Assembly (NCBI GenBank): GCA_951406725.2
Contig: OX597821.1
Location: 72,788,001-72,852,000 of the forward strand
Direction: 5' to 3'
DNA: 64,000 bases
Origin: Octopus vulgaris
Taxonomy: Eukaryota
Made by a program: the position numbers and the translations under genes. Numbering within the stretch: position 1 is the stretch's first letter; each line of letters begins with the position of its first letter. Under the pieces are notes generated by a model. The model did no database searches. It was not told where the DNA came from and saw only the letters and a program-made list of their open reading frames with translations. Positions 28,031 through 41,755 of the stretch are shown here, in pieces.

Positions 28031-28872
28031 GGATCTTTTCCCTTTCAACGGCAGATCGAGAAATGAATTTTTTGTAACTAAACACTTTCAAACTTCGGAC
28101 ACTGGTAGAATGTGTCATATAAAACATCTTTTACTCTTAGTGTTGTTGAGAAAAGTTTCTATTTTCAAAGTTATTTCGTGTTAAAGTTGTCCTATTTCGG
28201 TAATTTCAACCGAAACAATGTATTCAGCTGAATAAAATTACTACTGTTGTTTGTCAACAACAACTTCCGACGGTGTATATTTTGTTTGTCATTGTTATTT
28301 GACATATTTCATCTCAGTTACGTTTGTATGAATAAACGAGTGTAGCTGAAGCATGTTTACTTTATGACACCACCATAATCGTTCGTTGCGTTTCTACTGC
28401 TTTTAGTTTTTTTCCTGTTTTTCAGCTACTGTTTTCGGAAAGACTTTTTTGCCCCCTCCAATTTCTTCATTTTCACCCCTCCCCTCCAATTTCTTCATTT
28501 TTCACTTTTCTCCGTAACTCTAACCCTAAAACCCCAACCCTAACCCTAACCCTAAAACCCTAAAGCTAAAACCAGTACAAACGCACGAACGATGTCATAA
28601 ATAACAGTGACAAACGAAATATACTCCGCCGATAGTTGTTGTTGACAAACAACGGCAGTAGTTTTATTCAGTTGAATACACGTCATTGATTGGTTGAAAT
28701 TACCGAAATACGACAACTTTAACACGAAATAACTTTGAAAATAGAAACTTTTCTCAACAACACTAAGAGTAAAAGATGTTTTATTTGACACATTCTACTA
28801 GCGTCCGAAGTTTGAAAGTGTTTAGTTACAAAAAATTCATTTCTCGACCTGCCGTTGAAAGGGAAAAGATCC
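28031..28872. mobile_element. GGATCTTTT-family MITE with central (CCCTAA)-like repeats
   Basis: ~280-bp inverted arms; aaccctaa repeats at ~28515-28570; no TSD recognisable. Confidence 0.75.
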
Positions 28873-29366
28873 ACACCGCTTATATGACGGTGATACTCAC
28901 TTTTACAACCATATTCTTTACAACAGACACATTACACATATGTTGTGTTTGCTCATTTAAACAAACACAGCATGTGCTTTCTTTGCTGAGTTTTATCTTT
29001 GATTCTTCAATTTATTAAAAGATATTCGCCCAAGGTGCAACGCAGTTGGACTGGACTCCAGGCTATACGACTGGGGAGCAATCATCTTAACCATTTACCC
29101 ATTCCTGCGTATATTCAATGAAAAACATCGCATGACCTTCAAACTGTACTTAAATGAATTCCTCCCAGAAACTTCCACATCCAGAATGTAGTCATTCCAA
29201 ACTTGAGCTCCAATTCTATATTTTACTCTTTCTTTGTCCCTGCTTTTCAGATTTATTAGATTTCTGACTGTCTTTTTCTCATTTCGTTTCTCCATTCCAT
29301 TCTCTCAGCTTATTTGTCCATTTTCTTATTTTACCCCTTTCTTGTTCCTTTCTCTCTTTCTCTAAA

Positions 29367-29411
<45 letters not shown>

Positions 29412-29547
29412 TTATACACTCACCCTCTTTCTATATACTTTTTCTTTTTTGCCCTTTATTACTATCACTTTATCATCAACTTTATCCAGGTTGATAAGTG
29501 CTAATGCGCAAAACTATCGGCCCTTGAGTCTCTGTTTCTCCTAAATA

Positions 29548-29589
<42 letters not shown>

Positions 29590-29971
29590 CCCCCTTTATC
29601 TATTTCTATCTCTCTCTCATATCATACTTTATCTCTTCGGTTATCCATTTCTCTCCATCTCTTTATCTTTTCATCATCCTCAGCATCTCTCGGTTATCTC
29701 CCCCCTCTCTCTCCATCATCCACACTCTATCATCACCGTGTCTCTTTCTCTCTCTCTTTCTCCCCTCTCCATCTCCCCTTATCTAAAAAGCCAGACGACC
29801 GACATAAGGCAATAAATAACTCCACCGTTATATTTTGATTCAAGGTTAGCTTTAACGGTAGACGCCTCGTTTACTTTTTAAACAATTTGTCCAGACAACT
29901 TGTAGCATGTTTTAACATTACTCTGGCTTCACTCATTTTTTTCCCCATTTCTATAGCTTCATCAACAGTTT

Positions 29972-30136
29972 CATCTCACCACCACCACCACCATCTCCAT
30001 TACTATCGTTAGTATCACGTCACCACTTCCAGTGAAACCACCAATGATAACCACCACTACCATTAGCAACAACAGTGGCACCACCATCACCACCGCCACA
30101 TCTAACAGTACCACCACCACCATTGCCACCGCCGCC

Positions 30137-30170
<34 letters not shown>

Positions 30171-30218
30171 GTAACACCACCATCGCCACCACCACCACCA
30201 CCACCACCACCATTACCA
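29972..30218. repeat. (ACC)n/(GCC)n low-complexity tract
   Basis: Direct inspection. Confidence 0.85.
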
Positions 30219-30752
30219 CAATTGTTTTGTTTTTTTTCCTACTTTTCTGTATCCATTGTTTTTTTGACAATGTTCTGTGATGAAGTTAGTGTCAGATACA
30301 TTATATCTGACAGATGGACAAGTCAGATAAAATAGTATAAAATAACCGAGTTGATAGGGGGAAAGATAAACAGATAAATAGAGAAGGGGAAAGAGAGAGA
30401 GAGAGAGAGGAGAGAAAAGAGAGAGAGAGAGGAGAGAAAAGAGAGAGAGGAGAGAAGAGAGAGAAAAGAGAAGAGAGAGAAAAGAGAGAGAAAAGAGAGA
30501 GAGAGAAATAGGAGGTCGAATGTGACGGTGCAGGGTTTTGGTGGGGAGGTAAATAACCAGATCAGAATAATTAAGGGAGGAAGGCGTAGAGAGAGAGAAA
30601 AAGGAAGTGAAGCGTATGGAATTAGAATGATACATATACATACAGGTTTGAAATGCACACAGACTAATACACACACATACACACACGTACATACACACTT
30701 ATACATAGACACATATACCTACACACACACTCTCTCTTCCATTCTCTTTCTC

Positions 30753-30790
<38 letters not shown>

Positions 30791-31267
30791 GGGGGTCAAT
30801 TATGTGTGTCTGGTTGAGTGGGGGGTGTTTATGCATGTAAGGTGGCAGAAGGGAAAGGGATTACATAGATACATGGGAAAGAAATGAATACCGACATACA
30901 CGAAGAAGCCTTTATTTTCTGTATTTATTTTATCCATTTATATTTTGTAGAACGAATAACGATTTCATTGTTTTAAACGTGCAGCGATGGCCACGTGACA
31001 AGACGTCCCATTGCAGCGTCCAATGGGGAAAAGATGTTTTCTCGCTTCAACCGGCAGGCATCGAATTCTCTCGGCAGTTGGACGGATTTTTGAAAAATAT
31101 GAATGTGTATAAAATGTTTAAACGAACGGAAACCGTTAAATGTACATTTTTGAAAACGATATTCTTCTGTCTATCCACTCACTTGTTTATCTATTCACTA
31201 TGTGGCAAAGTGACGACGATTAAGGATTGCTTTTAAAACGAGCTTTAAAAAGTGAAAACGTCTCTCT

Positions 31268-31387
<120 letters not shown>

Positions 31388-31857
31388 CCACAGTAAATTT
31401 ATTGCAGCCTATTCTTCTGGATCGAACAAAACTTTTGCAATACTTTATCAGAAAATATTTCACACTGCTTCTTTAATATCCTCTAAAAAAAACAAAAAAC
31501 AAAAAAAAAAAAACAACGTGAGCTGACATCAGTGACAAAATTAAAAAAAAACAAGCTGTTTGTTCTATTGATTTCTTCATTTTAAATCTAGCCATCTATC
31601 TCATTGTCCTATAGTTATTGCAAAATTTTATTTTCGATGTAGCTTGTTCAGATTGTACTTGAGCATTTTTTAAAAGCCAAAGTCAATCACGTCCCCTTTC
31701 TCCATCTCGAAGCCTATGGAACTTCCCAAACACATTTTCTTCAAGTACAGGCTCTGTCTCAAACAGTTCTCCTTTGAAAAGACAACACGAAGCCATTCTG
31801 TTCTCCAAGACGAGCTCAACGTTTCAGAAGAACGGTCTTCGAATGGATTGCAAAATA

Positions 31858-32146
31858 TACTAGCACTTCGTCGATTACAGCGACGACGGTTCCAAATGAT
31901 TTGATCAACGGAACAGCCTGCTCGTGAAATTAACGTGCAAGTGGCTGAGCGCTCCACAGATACGCGTACCCTTAACGTAGTTCTCAGGGAGATTCAGCGT
32001 GACACAGAGTGTGACAAGGTACAACTCATTTTTCTCAGCTGAGTGGACTTGAAATAAAGAGTCTTGCTCAAAGATACAACGAAATTGAACTCACGACCTT
32101 ACGGTCGTGAGCCAAATACCCTAACCACTAAGCCACGTACCTTCAC
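31858..32146 (-). mobile_element. tRNA-derived SINE family C
   Basis: Head tggcttagtggttagg...gtgagttcaatt (A/B boxes); body shared with 15935. Confidence 0.75.
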
Positions 32147-34199
32147 ATTTTCGAAATAAACGCACAACGATTCCGTCGAAACTCTTTTAATGTCACATCA
32201 ATTGGAAGAACTCAATTCAAAATTGGCATCAGATACCTTATATACTCGTTAAAAATCTGAAAATTTCCGTTGGTCTTTGAGTAGTATTAGAAGAATGGTT
32301 TCCAGGAAGAGTGGTACTAGGAAGAATGGTTACTAAGGGGCAAGAAATGGGCTGTACTAGAACCAAACTCTTGAAACATTGAGCCAAGAGGTTAGAAGAA
32401 GGTATTGAAGCATTGTCTCTAACAATTAGAAAAAATATCTTCATTGGAAGACAATCCTCGTTGTGGTAGCCACATAAATTAGGGGCAAACACATCAAGGA
32501 ATCTTGTAGTTAGCTTTCGATTAACCATTCAGCAAAATAAGCACGTGCTTATGGCATCAAGGGAAGGGGAGCGTCACAAACATGGTAAATGGTGTACGGC
32601 ACAAAAGAAATCACTTCAAACTTACTGAAATAATATCATTCCAAGTGTAGTTTATATGATCGGAAATATAACTTCGAAGTGTTCATGGTGTCATAAGAGA
32701 AGATCCGATTAAAGACTTTGTAATTAAGAAAAAGTTGGAGAAAGCTTTTCAAATATAAATAAAAGGAAAGTATACAAAAATAAACGTTATTTTCTATCTT
32801 TCTGTTAGGTTTGTTTCATTTAGAAAAATAAAAATTTATTTTATGATTTATTACTGCTTATATTTTGAATTATATGTATATGGGACAACAAAAGTGCTGT
32901 AAGTGCTTTGGGCCTCATTGGGTCTTAATCAGGCCCTGCTTGTAGTAAATAAACAACTCAGGCCTCAGAAAACAAAAAATTGTTGATGTTCTTGGTAACT
33001 CTGAGCTTCTCTGAATGATACATTTGTAGCCGTTCACCTTCGGATCGCCTGAAAAGCATGGTTAGCCTATCCTTTAGAGAATTTGGCCTCTTCTTGTGAA
33101 ATCTAGATCTTTATGAGCATTTTTTGCCCTAAAAAGGCCAACGTCTTCGCAATATGGATGTGAAGTGGATTCGATCCACCATAGCCAAATTTAAATTAAC
33201 AGTTCAACAGAACTTTTCTTGCGGTGGAGCAATGGTTTTTTCTGTGACAGCAATTTTACATTTTTCAGAAGCCTTAGCTATGCCGAAATAATGTCTTCAC
33301 CACTTGATCCTGCTAACCTTTTCTGCTTCACCAAAAGCTAGAATTAAGATAACAAGTACCACCAGCTAAATCCATTGTTCGCAACGATATATCTATCCTT
33401 CTGGATAGTTCAACTCAATCAGTTAGTCACTTGGTGATAACTCAGTTAGTCGGCTCGTGACAATCAGTTAGTTAATGAATGACAACTCGAGTCAGAATTA
33501 GGCAGCGGAACGCTAGAATCATGATCACAAGCAAGGCAGCTACTAAAGACAATGGTCAAAGGGAGAAATGAAATTTACTGTCAGCAGCTATGAAACACTT
33601 CCCACACTCTCTCACTCTTACTAACTCACTTTATTGTCTCTTACAACATCACTCTATTTCTATCTGTAATTACTACTACACCATGACGAGAACACAAACA
33701 CAAACTATACAAGGAAAATCTACATCTATCTTTACTTCGCATGCTTTTGGATTTTATCACCTGCCCGTCGAGGCAAGGTATATACAAATGTAATGGTAAA
33801 AATAAATATTTTCTTCACGACTTCAATCACTGTTCTTTCATCTTTACATAATGGCAATCAACGAAGAACCAGTCATTTACAAACTGATTATGACTCCGGC
33901 ATTTCATATTATTGTTATAAAAAATAAATTTCAACTGTTATAAAATTAATCTCTGTCCTTACAACTTCAACCGTTACAGATCTGTTGAGAACAGGAAAAA
34001 AACCCTCTTTCACACGGTACTTTCTCAAGAGTGACTTTGTCTGAGCTAATAGCCTCACATTCCCCATAACATTATGAATACCCTGGAGTGTTTCCCTGAA
34101 AGATTCGAACCAGCTCTTGCTTGGTTTAAATTCTACTGGTTTTGTCTCGTTATCAGTGCTGGCATTAGAATCATCTCTATCTTGCTACTGATATAAAGA

Positions 34200-34445
34200 C
34201 TCGGCTATTTCTCAAATAAATGCTTCCATTAAAGAATCACCGGTCAATAGTTTTTCTTTGATCTCCACCAAACAGATTTCTCTACCCCATCGATATGTGA
34301 GGCACAAATATTATTTAATCCGCATTTCTTTTGAAAATGGTAAAATCTATAGCCACGTACAAAGATCACTTAAATTGATACCATTTCCTCTTGCAAACGA
34401 GTTCTTTGTTTATTTCTACGGTTAAGTTCTTCAGTGAAGGATTTG
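34200..34445 (-). pseudogene. possible highly degenerate Merlin/IS1595-type transposase fragment
   Basis: TVEINKELVCKRKW resembles VEIDES.F.KRKY; HIDGVE.SVW resembles HTQ.IE.LW. Confidence 0.35.
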
Positions 34446-37100
34446 TTTTTGACATGGAGGAATGTTTTTAGAGGGAAAAAAATGAAAATAGAATCACAAA
34501 TGATTCTATTCGTTCTAAAATTAATAGAAAAGCGTCTGTTACCATGGTTTCAGCAACTCGTTTGTCACCAGAGAGTCAACTGTATGTATGTACGTACGTA
34601 TGTGTGTGTATATATACAATGCATGTATGTATGTGTTTGTATGTATGTGTGAGTGTATGCGTGTATGAGTGTGCGTGTATGTAAGTGTGTATGTATGCAT
34701 GTGTGTGTGTATGTACGTCTATGTGTATGTATGTATGTACGTGTGGATGTCTATGTATGCGTGTGTGTGTGTATACTTGCATTTATGTTAGAAATGTGTT
34801 TGTTTATATGTGTGTGTGTTTACGCACATACACACACACATACAATATACACATGTATATATACATACATACACGGGCGCGCACACACACACACACACAT
34901 ATACACACATATTGGGCCCTCAGCTCTTCACTGGAGTTGTAAAAGCGCCGTCGTGACATACGTTGGATGTGTCTTTGGCACTTTTAGATCTGGCGGTGGC
35001 CATCGCTCTCTAATTTTGACAACAGCTGATCTTTTCCAGCAGAAAGAAAGAGAAAGCGAAGTATCAACTCTTATAAAAGACTGGATGGTCACTTTTGGAA
35101 TGCACATTGACTTCTAAGCAAAAGAGTGCAAGTTCTTAGCAGAACTGGAAAGCCACATCTGCGTTGTTCACGTCAAATATTTTCGATCGTTGTTACAGAT
35201 TTGGAAATTTTAAAATATATTGATGTCTTATACCATGTTGAATCCGAATTTGGAATTCATTTATTTTCAGAAATATTTAGAAAAATGTTACAGAGAAAGC
35301 AGGAAATGGAAGCCGCGCATTTTCTGCTTGACTCACAAATTGACATACAGAAATAACACAGGCACACAATGATATCGCTCGTCACAACTTGTGGAAGTAG
35401 GTGCAGTGGTGAAAGTGTCAGTTACGCGCCCTTGTCACAATGAAAATAGGCAGACTACAGTTTTGTTTGTTTTTAAGGAAATAGACCCCAATGTAAGGGC
35501 GTGTGTATAGAAGTGGCTTTCGATTGGTTGAAATTATCACAAATTTGCAAACTTTAAAAGCTATTAACTTTTTATTAATCTATGCCAGAAATGAATTTCA
35601 TTTTCATAATTAGCAAATCGAACTAAATCAGTTGTAAACAAATTTGAAAACAATTGGAACAAAATGAAAAAAAATACGAAATCTGTGACAGCAACCGAAA
35701 AGAGTGGCATTGCACGAAATCGCGTTGCAACCATCTTGTATATTGTACAGGTTCGATGTCGTTTCTTTCTAACATATATGAGGAAGCAAAGCAAAGCAAA
35801 TAATGTAAAATATTAATTCTTAATGTCTACGTCTCTCTTGTTGAGTTTTTGTTGGATTTGATTTTCTTTTGTTTTGTAACCTTGGCTTTTTTTTTCATTT
35901 CAGTAAAATAAAAATTAAGAAAAGCGATGAATAACTATGCAAATCAATATAATTAATCATTCAACTTCTGTTCTTTCCTGATCGTCACATAAGACGCAAC
36001 AATCTATAATGTCTGCTGTCTGCTTCAAAGAGATAAAACTCCATTAAGATACGATAATACTTTTGAAATGTAAAAACAAACAAGGAAAAAGAAAATAAAC
36101 GACGGAATTGTATTTTACAGATACAATTAAATACGATTCCAAAGCAGGATATGTTTGATCTATATTAATCCACTTAAAATTCTCATAAACGGTTCTACTT
36201 TCTTCCATGAACAGAAAATGTTTCCTTTTTGGTTTACCAGACAATTCAGTGAAGTAAATATATAAAAACAAACAACAAAACAATGATGAATAAAAGACAT
36301 TTAATTATTCAACTTCGTTTATTTAATCCACTTAAAATTCTTCTTCGTAAATCTTCTACGATATATTCTGCTCAAAATGTTTCTGATTTTCCATTAAGAA
36401 ATTGCCTTTTCATTGAGTTTTTTTTTTTTTCAACACTGTATTAAATGAAAAATATAATTTGGGATAAATCAATACATAACTATAGAGAGATTCAAGTGTC
36501 CAAATTAAAACAAATCGGCGAACAACTACGAAGTTTGCCGAATTTAAAACTGGTCACTTTTTGTTATAGTGTGTTTTAGTTTCCTTATTTATTTTATTTT
36601 AAATAATTTAACTTTTATTTTCAATTATTCGTGTTTATTCACTAGAAGATAAGGAAACAAAATAACTAATAATTACTCTCCCTTGACTGTATATGGTGGA
36701 TTAACCCGCCAAAAATAACGTTTACCTACTATATTAGATTAGGAGCGGAATCAACTGGAAACTGCTGGACCATATCTGCTTGGCGGCGAGGAGAAGAATT
36801 GAAAAAATGCACACGAACCGGGTGCTTTTATGAGCTCAAAAAAAAAAAAAACGAGATATTTCATTGCTGCCATCATGAAGGGAATTTCATTTTGACAAAG
36901 TGGTCGTACCCGTTATCGGACTAAATAGCAATGCACAAATAAACACACGCCGCGGATACGCTTCAACCGTGGCTGATATCGATCCATTGTAAGCAGCTCT
37001 TCTTTCCCTCCTGGCAAATGTTATATCAACTTTTACTACGTCTCATTGCAGTTCTTTTTCCTATCACAGAGACAACCAGAACCATATATATCGCCAGTCA

Positions 37101-37160
37101 CTCTCTCTGAAGAGTCGACAGTATTGCCAAGTGCAATAGTCGGCGCGAAACCGATGGTAA
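37101..37160 (+). ncRNA. hammerhead-like motif lacking a 3' stem I strand
   Basis: CTGAAGA gtcgac..tattgc-caagt-gcaata gtcggc gc GAAAC cgatg GTA. Confidence 0.4.
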
Positions 37161-37590
37161 CATTCTGACAAGTTATGTGCCATATTCAGATATATTAATC
37201 GAATGTATGTATGTATGTATGTATGTATGTATGTATGTATGTATGTATGTATGTATGTATGTATGTATGTATGTATTTATGAAATTTAAAGTTATCACAA
37301 GGCCTGAGGATGCGGAGAAAGCATCGACTTGTTTAGAAATTGGAGCTAAATTCCTGATTCAACCGCCGGAAGGCATCAAATAACAGAAAAACAACAGTAG
37401 GTGAGGAAACAGATAAAGAATTAAGACAGTAATAAAGCGTATCTGTAAAGAATATGCCATTCAGACACTTATATACCATGGTTTCGGATTCTGGCCCGAG
37501 GGAGTGAAGGTTCTAAGTTAGTCAGGTTATAAATCTGCCTGTTATGGCTTGTTTTGTGCCAAGCCGGTCCACGTGGTGCAATATATATAT

Positions 37591-37634
<44 letters not shown>

Positions 37635-37724
37635 ATATATAAACAATTGCAGCGTGGAAGGTGTTTATAAGCCATTTAAGAAACACACAAAAGTCGTTCG
37701 ATTCACTTCAACATTTAAGTTTAA

Positions 37725-37775
37725 TTTGTCAAAATATTTTCGTCGCTATAAGACCGCGACCTGTTCACTGACAAA
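37725..37775 (-). ncRNA. type I hammerhead, G3-C8 variant
   Basis: tttgtca GTGAACA ggtcgc..gcgac GAA aatatt T tgacaaa. Confidence 0.7.
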
Positions 37776-37810
37776 AACCCGTGCTGCATCTCCGTGATGC
37801 AGCACGGATT

Positions 37811-37860
37811 TTTGTCAGTGAACAGGTCGCGGATTTTAGCGACGAAAATATTTTGACAAA
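37811..37860 (+). ncRNA. type I hammerhead, G3-C8 variant
   Basis: 7-bp stem I, 5-bp stem II, palindromic stem III aatatt. Confidence 0.7.
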
Positions 37861-37995
37861 TTAAACTTAAATGTTGAAGTGAATCGAACGGCTTTTGTGT
37901 GTTTCTTAAATGGGTTATAAACACCTTCCACGCTGCAATTGTTTTCGTTTCAGCACACGATCTCAGATCAAATTACTTGCTATGCGAGTACATCT

Positions 37996-38062
<67 letters not shown>

Positions 38063-38228
38063 CATATATATATTGCACCACGTGGACCGACTTGTCGCAA
38101 AACAAGCAGATTTATAACGTGACTGACTTAGAACTTTTACCAGTGAACAAGAAGGTTGAGGCCCTCGGGCCGAACCCGAAACCATATATATATATATATA
38201 CGTATATATATATATACATATATATATG

Positions 38229-38309
<81 letters not shown>

Positions 38310-38374
38310 ATATATTATATTATATTATATTATATATTATATTATATTATATTATATTATATAATATATATATA

Positions 38375-39011
38375 CTAGCAGTATCGCCCGGCGTTGCTCG
38401 GGTTTGTAAGGGAAATAACTATATAAGCATTTTTAGAGAGTTATAGCCAAAAAATAGCAAAAAATGCATTAAAAATGGAAAAAATATGATGGTAAATTTT
38501 TTTTTAAATCGTTGACTCATCGTAGACATTTTTAGAGAGTTACTTCCCTTATATAATAGCGAAAAAATGCATTAAAATGGAAAAAAAACGATGGTAAATT
38601 TTTTTTTCAATCGTAGACTCATGTAGACGCTTTCTTAGCCATTTCTGTTTTGGTGTCTTCAAGCCATGAAGTCGTTGTTCTAAAAGAACACTGGTCTCCT
38701 TGACAACACATTACGACGTTGATTTCCTTACACTCCCTTCCCCACAGGTGCAGGTGTGAGCGTGGACGCCAACTCCGCCGCCATCGACACACGAAAAATT
38801 ATGCATTAAAATGGAATAAAAAATTATGTTAAATTATTTTTAAAATCGTAGACTCATCGTAGACGCGCGCTAATATTCAGACGGGCTCGATATGAATCAC
38901 GACTATAAGCTACCCGAATTTGGTTAAACTGTACCGCAAAATGTGGGAGTAGTTAGGAATCTAAATCGAAGGGGACAGACACTCACACAACTACAGTTTT
39001 ATATATATAGA
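38375..39011 (-). mobile_element. second non-autonomous Helitron family sharing the same 3' end
   Basis: ctagcagtatcgcccggcgttgctcgggtttgt terminus identical to the first family; TC start; unrelated body with internal repeats. Confidence 0.8.
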
Positions 39012-39019
39012 TATACATA

Positions 39020-39400
39020 GCGCAGTAGTGGTGAGATATGATAGCAAAGAAAAGCATACATTCACTCTCTGCATGCAATTAGACTCGGAAAGTTCGTGAG
39101 GAACCCATTGACCCAATTTGCTGACTTTTCCGATAGCACACAGGTGTCAATGAATGGTTGAATGACCAAATCCAAGCTTCTCTGCTAGTTCCTCAACAGT
39201 TACGATGATATTTTGTTCCACCAGGGTTTTCAGGATGTCCTTGTCGAGTTCTACAGATCTTTCAAGATGAGGCTCGTCTTCTAGGCTGTAGTTTATGGCT
39301 CGGGATTTCTGGAACCACCATTGACACTGCCTTACGCTTATTGTCCAATCCCCATATACTGCATTAATATTTCTTGTACTTTGCACACATTTATATTCTG
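39020..39400 (-). pseudogene. mariner transposase N-terminal relic
   Basis: RNINAVYG...QWWFQK...SLEDEP...TVEELAEKL...IH*HL..IGKVSKLGQWVPHEL. Confidence 0.9.
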
Positions 39401-39446
39401 TTATTGTTTTATATGTTTCAGCCTTGAGGTTGTTGCCATGCTGGAT

Positions 39447-39496
<50 letters not shown>

Positions 39497-39658
39497 TATC
39501 TGTCTGTCTGTCTGTATGTATATATGTATATGTATGTGTGTGAACAATATTTTCAACAGATGTGTTGCAAATGTATCTGATTGTTCTCAAGCTTCAATAC
39601 TGTGTGTGTGTGTATGTGTGTGTGTGTGTATGTATGTATGTATATGTATGTATGTATG

Positions 39659-39689
<31 letters not shown>

Positions 39690-39734
39690 GTGTGTGTATG
39701 TATGTGTGTGTGTGTGTATGTGTGTGTGTATGTA

Positions 39735-39767
<33 letters not shown>

Positions 39768-40231
39768 ATGTATGTATGAGTGTATGTATGTATGTATGTA
39801 TGTATGAGTGTATGTTTACTTTATTACTAATTACTCTCTTCCCAGAACATTTTCACTCACTCTTAGCTCTTAGCTTCCCATACATTTTACTCATGTATCT
39901 ATCAGCGTCATAGACAGAATACTTTCACTTTAGTCTTCCTCAAATCACTCTGTCGCTATTTACTTTCATTTTATTCGTTGCCCACTGTGTGTGTGTGTTT
40001 GCGTGTGGTGTAAACCAGACTAAGAAAAGCATTTGACACACACACCAGAATGTGAGTTTTCTGTAAATTTTGCTTAATTGGAGTTTAAATTTTAAAAACT
40101 GGACCTGGCATGACGCGATGCATTGTACTCTCAAAAATGCTAGGTAAATTGTAATTGAAGAAATCCTATATTGTAGATTTCTATAACTCCCAAAGGGAGG
40201 CAGATAAAATCTGCCTTTTATAATAAGAGAT

Positions 40232-40474
40232 GAACATCTTCTCCAGCTGGCTATTGACACACTTTCTATGTCCTATCGAAGATAGGTGCGCTGACGACGG
40301 GTAAATATTCAGAAACCCGGGTCTGTGCGTATCACGTCAGGTCGACGATGGGAAGGATGGCTTTCCTTTGCAAATACTGATAGGGCACAGAAAGTGTGTC
40401 AATAGCCAGCTACAAGATACAGTAGCATCCACCCTTAGTGGTTAGCCACGTTTAAGTGTCAGATATACTTCACA
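40232..40474 (+). mobile_element. diverged, partly deleted copy of the inverted-arm hammerhead element
   Basis: Homologous to 46620-46970 in the opposite orientation; ends in ...tcaCA. Confidence 0.8.
40286..40328 (+). ncRNA. type I hammerhead
   Basis: gtgcg CTGACGA c gggta-aa-tattc a GAAAC ccgg GTC tgtgc. Confidence 0.65.
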
Positions 40475-40498
40475 CACACACGCACACACACACGCACG

Positions 40499-40552
<54 letters not shown>

Positions 40553-41289
40553 ACAAAATGAGACAAGAACGCAAAACATCCGGACAACTAGGTGATACAA
40601 AAAGGGACAACAAAACATCCAGATAGACGATACACAGAAAACAAAGACGGGTCATTCGAAGTTTTCTATCTTCAGTCAAGAACCAGATATCCTCGCAATT
40701 TCGACTGGTTATTCTTGCGATTGCTCCAATCTGGCCAGCCCCAAGGAAAAACTAAGCTAAGAGCATTAGATTCCTTGGAAGAAAGCATCGAATGTATACG
40801 AAAATAAGGAGGGAAAAAACAATGTTATACAAATATAAATACAATAAAAATAATAACAGGACATTACAACTGGTGTCTTTCGACTGAAGACGAATTGAAT
40901 TAAGCCGGCGCGTGTGGAAATGAAGCCTTACGGCTGAGATACAAAAATTTCACAAACACGGAAGAATATCGATATTGCACGGACCACTGTCAGACCAAGA
41001 AAGAAAGAGCGAGCAGTCTGGCCGATCGTTCACGTGGGAAGAGAAGAGAGAGAGAAGTAGAGGAACAGAAGAATTAAGGAGGGGCGAGAAAAAATGACAG
41101 GGACACAGTGAAGTGAAAAGTGGAGGGAAGGTGAGTAAGAAGATAAGGTAAAGAAATGTGAGAGGGGGGCGGCGAAAAAACGAAGAGTGGAATGAACGAA
41201 TAAGCGTGAAAGGACTGATAGAAATAGAATCGTACAAGATTTTGTAAAATGTGTACTTACACATAAGAGAACAAAGTGTACGTACGCCG

Positions 41290-41330
<41 letters not shown>

Positions 41331-41331
41331 G

Positions 41332-41454
<123 letters not shown>

Positions 41455-41755
41455 CTTTAGTTAAATATATTCAATGAGAATATTATATACTGAATTTATA
41501 TTGAGTGCTCTATTGTATCAAAGTATTAATACTATTAAAGTATTTATATATTTTTATTAATAATATATTATTATTAATATTAAGAAATCAATATCAAAAC
41601 TCCTCAGAAAGATATACACGCGTGAAAAATGATTGTTGTATTAAAAATATATAAATAAATAAATATAAATATGTATAAAAATATATGTAGATATGTATAA
41701 GTATAAATATATAATGTATATGACAGTTTAAAAGTTTTGAATTAATTATTTAAAG

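Larger units (their letters stand above)
37475..38186. repeat. nested inverted repeats (outer arms ~110 bp, inner palindrome 37641-37944)
   Basis: Inner 150-bp arms with a 5-nt spacer. Outer arms 37475-37585 and 38068-38186, separated from the inner pair by (TA)n. Confidence 0.9.

Noticed and set aside
29971-30335. Poly-Pro/Thr/Ala/Val ORFs
   Set aside because: Trinucleotide low-complexity tract open in several frames on both strands, with no domain.
40545-41285. Purine-rich element with CTGAAGA motifs, possibly Penelope-derived
   Set aside because: I could not fold a complete hammerhead or find a protein motif.
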